Shown: positions 46,935 to 56,335 of the stretch, piece after piece
Layout of the letters: each line of letters begins with the position of its first letter
Numbering within the stretch: position 1 is the stretch's first letter
DNA from: Rhizaria sp. SCN 62-66
Taxonomy: Eukaryota
Direction: 5' to 3'
NCBI GenBank assembly: GCA_001724265.1
Contig: MEDY01000370.1
Coordinates: 1 to 56,335, forward strand
Length of the DNA stretch: 56,335 bases
Position numbers and translations under genes: made by a program
The notes under the pieces: model-generated
Database searches by the model: none
What the model was told of the DNA's origin: nothing
Seen by the model: only the letters and a program-made list of their open reading frames with translations

Positions 46935-49040
46935 GTGAAGTCACTGTGACGGGTGTGGTGCGGTATAGTGGTAAGTGGTTTGATGGAGCTGTGTGTGCTC
47001 ACAAGATACGAGTGTTTGTGCGTATGTATGTACATGTGCCAGTGTGTCTACTGCTGTATGGAAGGGATGACATTACACGACGATGACAAACAACTTGAAC
47101 ATTCACGAAAAAAGAAACAATATGAATAAGAAGATAATGAGTACTACCAACCAACACCAACGGCGATGATGACACTGATGAGTGAGAGAGAGAAAGGTTA
47201 GTTCGAGGCGCTCCTGCTGCTGCTCCTGCGGCATCAGATCCTTCTGTTACTCCTGCAGTTGCTTGCTATCATTGGCATTACATCAACAGTTGTGATTGAT
47301 ACACAATGCACAAAATTATTCCCCACAACGTAGTAATTTATGTGTCTTGTGTGTGTTTATCGTGGCGTGAGTATGTCCCGTGTCTCAAGCAGTACGCTCG
47401 CTTATATCTCGTTCATGTTGTCGGTCGCTGCTGTTCTTACTGTTGGTTAGTCCTCGTTGTGACGTATGCTGTTGTTTCTTGTTCCTCTCTGGTTGTTTGT
47501 CGTCTTAGTATCATTCCATCTTGCACAAGCACTGTGTCGTATCACTCTCCTCGTTCATCAGCCCGTCTTAGCTCTCCTCGCCAGCGTGCTCACTTTCTCT
47601 CTGAGCCCTTCTCCCCCGTCGGGCGCGGCGCCGCGTGTCGTCGCCCCCGCATCTGCACGCCCCGCGCCGGTGGGTGCCCGCTTTACCCTGGCCACCGAGG
47701 CCGGTGTAGCGCCCCGCCCCGCGACCCCGCGCCGCTGCAGACGCCGTCGCCGTCGCCGCGCTTTGACATGCCGCGTTTGTCATCTTTCTCCTTTACCGAC
47801 CAGCCCTCGTGCTGCGTCATTCGCGCGCTCTTCGCTCTTTCTCCTGACGTGCTGTCACTCCGGAGGACACGGCCGCGGTTTCTTTTATTTTTATATTTCC
47901 TTTTGTCTGTCTTAATGTTTTCGCTCTACTACACTTCGCAACCGCTTCTCGTCCGCAACAATGCCAGTCAAAGGGTGTGCTTGCGGACTGGTTGATGGTT
48001 CAGTGTGCGGTGCGCCTTCTTTTCATTACTTGGTCCGTGCGTTCCCCCTTTTTCTCTCGCATTTTGCACTCACTCACACACGCTCGATATATCTCTCTAT
48101 ACAGCGTTGTGCCAGTCAAGTGAGTCGCGGTGCGATGGGGGCCGTTCATGGGCCCTGTTAGCGTCAACGTGGGCTACGTACACTGCTATTAACCTCAATA
48201 ACAATAACAACAAACCTCCACTCAACCACTCAAAATAAGCAAAACAACACAAAAACAAAATTAGTCGCGCACACGTGGCTGCTCAGTCGCTGTTCCTCTT
48301 TCACACGCAAACTCACACTACACACATAATCTCGCTCTTTGTGTCCGTGGTGCCAGGTGTTCGCTGGTGTTGGTTTCATGACGGCGTTGTGCTGTCACAT
48401 GTTCTTAATGTTTGTTTACTTTTATTTTGTCCTTCACTTTCTGTCACAAGGCGTGTTCCGCCGCCAAAATAGGGATCGCTCGTTTCGCGTCGCACCACCG
48501 CGTAGCACGGCGACGCCCAGTACTAAGGGCCAGCTGTCTGGTATTGTTGTGTCATCACAATAATGCAACAGCTCCTAAGTGCTACGTTGCTGTCCTGTGT
48601 CGTGTTGTGCGCCGTGTATCGTGTCTGTCTCCCCCTTTCGTACCATCAAATATTTGGCTGCTGTATTGCGCTGTGTGCGTCGGCCATGCGCTCTGTTTCT
48701 CTCTATGCCCTCTTAGTCTGCGATCCACAGAGTGGGTGTTGATGCGCAATGTAATACACAAATGTAGTCTCCAAAACGTCGTTGTCAATATCAGTACGTA
48801 CGTACGTACTTTCGGACATATACACGTATATTAATTCATCATTGATTCTTGTATTGTTTTCATCAGTTGTGTGCATACTCATTCACAAGCATGTGAACAT
48901 TCCATTTGCCCATACTCTGTTTCTTTTTTCCCCACAGAACAATGGCATACACCCACATCCACAGGTGCGTTTGCGTCTCTTCTGCCCCCAACTCCTATAG
49001 CTTTCTCTATCTCTTGGCACTGACGCAAGCTGGATATCAA

Positions 49041-50432
49041 TCAGTGACCCGTCGTCGTCGAGTCTGTTGTTGCGTTTGCCTTCTCTTCGTCCGCCACCAC
49101 AGCCTCAACCAGCTCAATGGCGCGCTTGATGCCACATCGTTCGCTCTCGTCCCACGCCAACATCGCCTCCAGAGCCAGGAGCTCGTTCTCCCGCACTTTG
49201 TGACATGGGTATGCAGCCACAAGTGAACGCAGACCCTCATGCTGTAATTTTGAATATGCCCGAGTTTTATAGAAGAGTTTTTGTGTCTTCTCGAGTTTTT
49301 GTGTCTTCTCGTTCTCGCGGATGCGTTCCTCATTGTCATACGGCGCAAAATCGGTGATGAACACGAACAGCATATAGCCTAGTGCGTAGATATCAGCCTT
49401 GAACGGGTCGAAGTTTTGCCTCAAAACTTGAGGAGAGTTGTACTTAGGGGTTCCCATGGTCCCACTCATGCGCTCAGCGACGACTGTTCCTGTGAGATCA
49501 GGCAGTTGACGAGAAATCTTTTGCGGAGTAGGCCACTCATCCTCAGCTAAGCTCTCGTTGACGCCGTCCATGCTCAGAGCTGGAAGCTGCTCGCTGAGAA
49601 ACGCAGGAATATCCTGGCAGATCGTGCTGATAACGCGCTGCCGGCTTTCCTCGTCGTGCTGCTCCAGATGAGCCGGATCTACCACGGGACCAAAGCTGTT
49701 CTTGAGAGACTCGTGTGAGCGGCGCCAGAAATCGGTGCAGGACTGTGCGATTCTCCACCATTGTGATGCCGTCGCGACATAGTTCTCATTAGCACCGGCG
49801 GGAGCGATGAAGCGAGCCGGTGTCGCAACGCGTGACATGCCGAAGTCGATGAGCTTCACGAATAGTTCTTTAGTGATTGCACACCGTTTGAACACCACGT
49901 TCTCAAGCTTGAGGTCGAGATGTGCCATGTAAAGACGGCTGTGCATGTAGTCAACTGCGTAGAGCAGATCGAGGAACATGCGCAGCCTCTCCAGGCGAGT
50001 AGTAGTTGCGACTTCATCGAGCCACAATGAGAGGACCTGGGCTCCGCCATCCTCCATCGCAAGGGCAACACGCTTCTGCTGAGCAGGGTTACCAACCGAC
50101 GCAGCAGCTAGAACTAGGGCCGTCTGTGGGAAGCACGGATGCCTCTCGCAACCCACAAAGCGGGTTGCGGCCCACTCGACAAGGGGGTCCTCGAGCTCAG
50201 AAATATGGATCTGATTGGTGGAGATCTTAGTGACTACTTTCTGCCCACCAAGACCGACAGCATGTGCCGCAACCCGATTGTCTTTGGCAATGATAATTTT
50301 GTTTTTAGGCTAGTCGACGAGCGTTCCGACTATTGGGTTGAGTAGGGTGCGAGTCTGCTCCTCGACGTCCTCGAAGTCCACGACGGCTGTTGGATCTACA
50401 GGGTCGTAATGCGTGCGCAAAGCTGATAACAT
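49041..50432 (-). CDS. Divergent Ser/Thr protein kinase, about 463 aa, intronless; in-frame TAG at 50310-50312; TGA stop
   Basis: ATG at 50432, ...GTLVD*PKNKIIIAKD...QKVVTKIS (VAIK equivalent), EDPLVE (helix C), HLDLKLEN, VKLIDFG, GTPKYNSPQV, KADIYALG, ML.WDESER. Confidence 0.85.
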
Positions 50433-50537
50433 TGCGCCGGCTGCAATTGCAGAGGGTAGAATACATGCGTTATAGTTTTGTTGTAATAGTGTTTTGCTGT
50501 GAGACTTTGATCGTGATCAAAAACAAAGGGAGAGCGT

Positions 50538-51006
50538 TCAGAGGTAGCGATGACCACAAAGGGGGCAATTCCTTCGGAAGCAATCACGCTTTTTGAGAGA
50601 CTTGCAATGCAACACCACATTACTGATCTTAAATTAACAATGTGGACACACGTCATATTGATGTGACCGATTGCTATGCTATGTTTTTACTGCGCAGCAA
50701 TGCTGGGGAAAAACGCGTTTCGACTAGCAGGCCCTTGCTTTTCCTGGACTCGATGGGGCTCAGTTCACGTCAAAGTGATTGTGATGGTCAGAGGTGGCGA
50801 TGACCACCAAAGGGGCATTCGGAAGCAATCACGCTTTTTGAGAGACTTGCAATGCAACATCACATCATTCACCTTAAATTGGCAATTTGGGCGCACGTTA
50901 TATTAATGTGGCCGATTGCTATGCTATGTTTTTACTGCGCAATAATGCTGGGGAAAGACGCGTTTCGATTAGGAAGCCCTTGCTTTTCCTGGATTCGATG
51001 GGTCTC
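50538..51006. repeat. Diverged tandem duplication, two copies of about 220 bp with a 250-bp period (50538-50761 and 50788-51006)
   Basis: Shared blocks such as GGAAGCAATCACGCTTTTTGAGAGACTTGCAATGCAACA, CCGATTGCTATGCTATGTTTTTACTGCGCA and CCCTTGCTTTTCCTGGA. Confidence 0.93.
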
Positions 51007-51226
51007 CGAAGTGTTTGCGGATAAACGTAGATACGCCCACATACAGATAGCAGTTGTCCAATCCCATTTGAGAAAGATACCGATGTGATAAGTGCATGCG
51101 TGTGGCTGAACAAAATGATGTCTGATTACTGAGCTTAGACCCATCTGCAGTGGATTTCACATTCACCACAAACATGTTCTCATTACCTGTGTCTCATTAC
51201 CTTTGCCCACAGACTTCGTTGTAACC

Positions 51227-51472
51227 ATGTCAATGCAAATCTTTGTTTTAAGCCCCAAAAACAAGACAATTGTTCTTGATGTCGAGCCTGCCGACACCAT
51301 CGCTGTCCTCAAGCAGAAGCTTGTCGAGAAGGAGGGTTTCGAGAAGTGCGAGATCTTCCTCATCTTCCAGGGCAAGTGTCTCGCAGACGACCGCACCCTC
51401 GCCGATTACAACGTCCAAGACGACTCTACTCTTAACATGTCCGTCAAGTTTCTTGGTGGGTGCTCCAAGTAA
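51227..51472 (+). CDS. Divergent ubiquitin-like protein with diglycine and a 3-residue C-terminal extension; TAA stop
   Basis: MQIFV...KTI.L.VEP.DTI..K.K..KEG....LIF.GK.L.D.RTL.DYN.Q..STL....FLGG-CSK. It aligns without gaps to 76-aa ubiquitin, with about half the residues identical by manual count. Confidence 0.9.
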   Translation: MSMQIFVLSPKNKTIVLDVEPADTIAVLKQKLVEKEGFEKCEIFLIFQGKCLADDRTLADYNVQDDSTLNMSVKFLGGCSK

Positions 51473-51703
51473 TGGTGTGTGTCTCCACACTCTGCTTTGC
51501 GCCAGTAAGCTCGTCTCTTGTGTGTGTCGTGTGTCGGTCACATCTGTTTCTGTTGCAATTGCTACTCATTTGTAAATAGCTCTGAATCTTTGACAGCGAA
51601 GCTGTTGAATGTTGGTATACATATATTCCTTGATTTAAAGATCGATCTCGAATGAACTATAAATATCCATCAAGTTGGCAACAAGCCAAGAAACTTTGCC
51701 GAA

Positions 51704-51751
51704 TTCGACTGATTCTTTCGCTACAGTTTCGACTGATTCTTTCGCTACAGT
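51704..51751. repeat. Perfect 24-bp tandem duplication (TTCGACTGATTCTTTCGCTACAGT x2)
   Basis: Seen directly in the intergenic sequence. Confidence 0.9.
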
Positions 51752-51951
51752 GTGACAAGACTAATTGTCAGCTTGCATGATCATCAAATCATCAAGATTT
51801 CTGACATATGAACAAAAAACAGGGCTGTCGACATTAAATATGTTTACTATATGCTATGTCAATCAACACGGTTTGTAATACATGAACGAAATGAGAACGC
51901 GAGACCTGAAGTGACACATAACCTAGACACATGTATCCTACGCGTCTAAGC

Positions 51952-54018
51952 TCACACACCGCCGCCAACAGCGCCCTTAGCCACCGCCCCGCCTTGCGCC
52001 GTCTGTCCCGCAACCACAGCTGCAGCCGCACTTGGTGCCGCTGCCGCCGCAGCCGCAGCCGCCGTAGCAGCAGCTGCAGCTGCTGCTGCCGTGGCCGTGG
52101 CTGCAGCCTGCTGCCTCGACTTAAACACCGGCATTTTATGCGGCGGACACGGCGCGGGCGCCTCTGCAAACCACGGGTGACGCACGGCCTGCGCCGCTGT
52201 AATGCGCCGCGCCGGGTCATAACACAGCATGCGTCCGAGCAGGTCCACGCCGGCCTCTGACCCGGAGAGCGCGGGGAACGCGGCCGCGAGCGCAGGCGGG
52301 GACGGTGCGCCGGGGGCCGCGGCCGCTGCGGTGGCGGCAACGGCGGCGGGGGACGTCAGCAGCGGCGCGCACGCCGGCCACGCGGCGACGGTGGGCGGGC
52401 CGAGCAGACCGGCGATGCGCAGCACTTGCTCGGTGGTGTTGCCGCCAGGGAACAGCGGGTGGTGCAGCAGCAGCTCGCCCATGACGCAGCCGGCGGCCCA
52501 CATGTCCGCCGCCGTGTGGTAGCCGCCCGCGTTGAGCAGCAGCTCCGGGGCGCGGTACCACAGCGTGTAGACTGACGGGGATAGGGGCGCGAGAGGAGTC
52601 GGGAGAACGCGTGCGAGGCCGAAATCAGCGATCTTCAGGTCGCCTAAGGGCGACACCAGGAGATTACTCAGCTTGATGTCGCGGTGAATAATGCCCATGT
52701 CGTGTAGGTACTCTAGTCCGCGCAGCATCTGCAGCACAAGCGTCTTGACTTCGGAGACCGTGAAATGGCGTGCAGTGCGATCTAACAGCGTGCCCAAGTC
52801 ATACTCGCACAGTTCGAACACGATGAACACCTGGTTCGGCTGCCGGCCCACCACAACGTCCCGCAGCGCGACAATGTTGCGGTGCTCTAGCCGCCGCAGC
52901 AGCGCGACTTCTCGGAGAGACGTGAGATGGAATCCAAGGAGCTCGTTGGTGAGCAACAGCCGCTTCATTGCAACAGTCTCGCCGCTGCGTCGGTCTTTGG
53001 CCAAATAGACAGTGCCGTAGGTGCCTTCACCAAGGCGGCGGAGCTTCTTGTACATCGTGATGCTCGCGCAGTGGAATGAGCCCATCTGTGCGTTGAGAAC
53101 TTGCGTGCTGCTATCCTGATGCTGCTGCTGCTGCTGCTGCTGCTGTTGCTGTTGTTGCTGTTGCTGTTGCTGCGGCCCAGCTTCAGTCCCCGTTGTCCCC
53201 GTCGCGGGCGCAGGGTCGGCCGGCGGCGGCTGCGACTGGAGCGGCGGCAGCGGAGCCTGCGCCTCGCTCCCCGCAGCAGCGGCGGCGCTCGCGGTAGCAA
53301 AGCTCCACTGCTGATACTGCAAGAGGTGTTGTTGTTGTAATGCGTGCTACTGCGCCTGGTGTTGGTAATACTGCTGCAGCTGTTGTTGTAAATCGTAGAT
53401 GCCACCGCTCGCAGTGTCACTGCCACCGAAATAGGAGCTAGAGCTTGAAGCAAACTGCGAGGGCACGTTGTTGTAGTTATGAGACGAATAGGGTCCGAAC
53501 ATATGCTGCTGCTGCTGCTACTGCTGCATCGTCGGTAAGAAGGCGGGTGAGTACGCGTCAGTTGCAGCACCTGTACTATTCGCGCTCGCACTTGCACCCG
53601 TAGTCGCGGTCGCACTGTTTGCATTCGCTGCGTTTGCAGACGAACTTGCTGGAGCAGGCATGGGGCCATACGGCTGTTGCTGTTGCTGCTGTTGTTGCGC
53701 TGCCGCTGCTTCTGCGCTCGCAGATAAAGCCTCGAGGGAAGGGTGTCCGTAGAGGTATGCACTCTCTGCTGCGTTGAGTTGCTGCTGGAGCTGCTGATGT
53801 AGGTATTGTTGCCTCTGCTGCTGCTGCTCTTGGTGCTGTGAAGTGGACGTGTGTGGCAGTTGGCTAGAAACTGCGTTGTTCGCGCTGCCACCGCGGCCGT
53901 CGTAATTGAAGGTCTTAGAAATGCGCATTCCTGTGTCGGGGAGTGGCGTCTGGTCCGGTTTGATGCTGTGTGTCGTGCCGACATCATCGGTCATGGGCAT
54001 CACGCGAGTGGATTGCAT
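51952..54018 (-). CDS. CDK10/CDK11-like cyclin-dependent kinase with a long Gln-rich N-terminus, about 688 aa; in-frame TAGs at 53518-53520 and 53347-53349; TGA stop
   Basis: GEGTYG.VY.AKD, VAMKR, GFHLTSLRE (PSTAIRE position; compare CDK10 PISSLRE), DVVVG, HRDIKLSNLL, DFGLAR, TLWYRAPELL. The upstream frame is continuous through two TAGs. Confidence 0.9.
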
Positions 54019-54644
54019 GATGTTGACTTCGGATGGGCGTTGTTTGTCTAAAGTAAGTGCTATGAGGAAGAATATGAAATATATTATGAAATACAAGGAT
54101 TTTCCAACTTGGTAAGCCTCGTATCTTTGTTGACGGAAAACTCGATGATATCCACTTTGAATAAGATTCTGACCTAAAGCAGCTCCTCGCGCTCGTGCAA
54201 TGACGGTGGACTGCGAGACTCCACAAAACGAAGCTGCTACCTCGATAGATCATAGATACGACTTGAAAGATTGTGGAGATCTATACAACGCGACAGATCG
54301 TTCTTGAATTTATATCTTTCTTGTTCACCAACGTTTTGTATAACCCGATATGCGCTTGCCGCGAGGGTCGCTCAGCTTCACCTGGGGAGCGGGCTAGCGT
54401 GATACTCCGGAGGAGGATTCCCCTACATTCTTATCGTCAATAGTGATTTGCAACAAGTCTCACCTATTCTACTTAATTTTCTATTTAAAAACTGTGCGTT
54501 GTATCTGTAGCTCGTACACATATCGTTTTATAGCAGGTTTCCTTTCACATCCTTGGAACACTCTCCAGCCTTTCACCCCGCGTCGCCCCGCACCACCGTC
54601 CCGCACCGCCCCTCGCGCGCCCACCTGTGCCACCTGCGCCCCAC

Positions 54645-56335
54645 ATGAGCCGCCCACCGCCCAGCGCGCTGCCGCGCCCCACACTTATCTACAACGCGTC
54701 CCCGACCGACCCCGTCGGTCCCGGTCTCATTATCCCCAAACCACTCCCTCGCAGCACTGCCGCCGCTGCCGCCGCGGCCACAGCGTCCAGCTCGACTGCA
54801 GCCGATCCTCACTCAACCACAGCCTCCGCGCCGGCGTTACCTGCCCCATCGTCGCGGCTGGACGCTGCGCACTCGAGTTCTCCCGCCATCGCGCGCTCCT
54901 CCCCGCTCTTCCCTCTCTTCGCGCTGTGGCAGTCTGTCGCGCGCGTGGTCGTGCCAGACTCCCTCGCCGTCGACGCCGCCCGCGCCCGCGCCGCCGCCCC
55001 CGCGCTGGCCCCGCGCCTTGCCCCGCGCGTTGCGCAACTCCGTCCGCTCGACATCATCCTCGTCCGCACCCCAGGCGCCGTATACGCGTCACTGCGCAGC
55101 GCAACGAAACAGCCGTATGACCACCTCGGCATCGTGCTCGCTGATACGGCAACGTTCCTCCACATCGGCCCGCCCGTCGTGCGCGTGCTCGCCACGCAGG
55201 TCCTGCTCGACCCAGCCCGCTCGCCTTTAGTCCTGCGCCCGCGAGTGCGCTCGCCCGCCGCGGCCGCTGCGCTGCTGGCCGAGCTGCAAGCCCTTGTCGG
55301 CAGCCCGTATAAGGTGTCCCGCGCCTACGCGATCGTCGCGCGCACGGCGGTTGAGAGCGCAACGGGACTCGCGCTGCCGCTGCCGCCGCCCGCCGCCGCC
55401 AGACTCAACATGGGCAGCTTTAGTACAAAGACAAACGCTATCACCAGCACTAGCACAAGCACAAGCACCGCGACTGTCGTTACCAGGCGCGAGAGCAGTG
55501 ACAGTTCAAACAATGCCGCTGCGCCTGCGCGTGTGACTGCAGCGCCTGTTGTTGCGGCTCCCGCGGACGAGGCGTTCATCTGCTCCGACTCGATCATGGA
55601 GCGTTTGCTGCGCTACAGCCCCGCCCTGTCCTCGCTGGCTGAGGCCCACCGTAGTCGACTGCACATCGGCACCCTGGGCGCGTGGACAGTCTCGGATATC
55701 ATGTTGTTGCACGCGGAGGCGGTCAAAGAGCAGCGGCAACGCAGGGACCGTGCTCTACAAGCCGTCCTGAGTCGCGATAACAACAGCGTTAACGCTGATA
55801 CGAAGACCTACGCAGGCAGCACTGAGAGTCATTCTAGTGTTGATGGACTGAGTGAAGATAGCGGTGATTGGTGCGCTCTGGAGGAAGTCCCGTTGCCGCC
55901 TGCGCCGTCGTTGCCGTTGTCGCCGTCGCGGTCACTCCCTCTGGCTACCTCAGCTCCAGCGCCACAGTCGCAGTCGCACTTGCAGTCGCAGTCTCCAGTG
56001 TGGCAGTCCGTTGTGGCTGCAACGGCGCAGGCCCCCACTAGCGCCGGTCTCACCACCGCCACTGGCATTCCCCTGACCAGCTCTACCTCGCCTGGCAGTT
56101 CTCTCTCTCAGTCGCAGTCCTCTGGCTCCGGCTCCGGCTCCGGCTCGGTCTCGCTCTCCGGCTCACAATCGCAGACCGGTGTTGGGCGCGCCACGATTGG
56201 CGCCGCGGGCGTTGTGTCCCTGCTCCGCGGACTCGCCGCCTCTCTAGCCGACGCCGGCGCCGACGCGACGGCCGCGGCGGCCGCGCGCGACGCCGCCGCG
56301 CGGGCCCGCGCGCGGGTGGCGCGGGCGGGGCGGCG
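54645..56335 (+). CDS. Protein with a permuted papain-like NlpC/P60 (YiiX/YebB-type) domain, 3' end beyond the window edge
   Basis: Frame is open from ATG 54645 to the window end. LRPLDIILVR...YDHLGIV...LVGSPY...FICSDSI shows the His-before-Cys order of permuted NlpC/P60 enzymes. It is absent from the ORF track because there is no stop in the window. Confidence 0.65.
   Translation, partial: MSRPPPSALPRPTLIYNASPTDPVGPGLIIPKPLPRSTAAAAAAATASSSTAADPHSTTASAPALPAPSSRLDAAHSSSPAIARSSPLFPLFALWQSVARVVVPDSLAVDAARARAAAPALAPRLAPRVAQLRPLDIILVRTPGAVYASLRSATKQPYDHLGIVLADTATFLHIGPPVVRVLATQVLLDPARSPLVLRPRVRSPAAAAALLAELQALVGSPYKVSRAYAIVARTAVESATGLALPLPPPAAARLNMGSFSTKTNAITSTSTSTSTATVVTRRESSDSSNNAAAPARVTAAPVVAAPADEAFICSDSIMERLLRYSPALSSLAEAHRSRLHIGTLGAWTVSDIMLLHAEAVKEQRQRRDRALQAVLSRDNNSVNADTKTYAGSTESHSSVDGLSEDSGDWCALEEVPLPPAPSLPLSPSRSLPLATSAPAPQSQSHLQSQSPVWQSVVAATAQAPTSAGLTTATGIPLTSSTSPGSSLSQSQSSGSGSGSGSVSLSGSQSQTGVGRATIGAAGVVSLLRGLAASLADAGADATAAAAARDAAARARARVARAGR

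Noticed and set aside
3570-53520. Calling the six TAG-containing genes pseudogenes
   Set aside because: They have no frameshifts or in-frame TAA/TGA, most catalytic motifs are intact, and all seven interruptions are the same codon.
3570-53520. Ciliate-type TAR=Gln code, or pyrrolysine
   Set aside because: TAA ends conserved genes at the expected C-termini (IMP3, UNC119, CYB5D1). The poly-Q contexts and eukaryotic host do not fit Pyl.

Overview
Gene-dense nuclear DNA of a eukaryote, most likely a flagellated protist: GC-rich exons, AT-rich 100-310 nt spliceosomal introns, and CYB5D1 and UNC119 genes. About 20 protein-coding genes can be reconstructed: MetAP1, an XPC/Rad4-like gene, UNC119, a CTL/SLC44 transporter, a Sen54-like gene, an SDR, IMP3, CYB5D1, an MFS transporter, an ABCA transporter, an isoaspartyl peptidase/asparaginase, LipB, a secreted Ala-rich repeat protein, a divergent kinase, a divergent ubiquitin-like protein, a CDK10-like kinase, a permuted NlpC/P60 protein and three unknowns. 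The main signal is a non-standard nuclear genetic code. Seven in-frame TAG codons interrupt six otherwise continuous genes, three of them inside Gln-rich tracts. All 18 gene ends I could reconstruct use TAA (9) or TGA (9), never TAG, and no in-frame TAA or TGA was found. This points to UAG alone being reassigned, most likely to Gln, with UAA remaining a stop. A second signal is that all 23 reconstructed intron donors are GTACG, GTATG or GTTCG, never GTAAG or GTGAG. All gene models were made by manual reading; no database searches were run.
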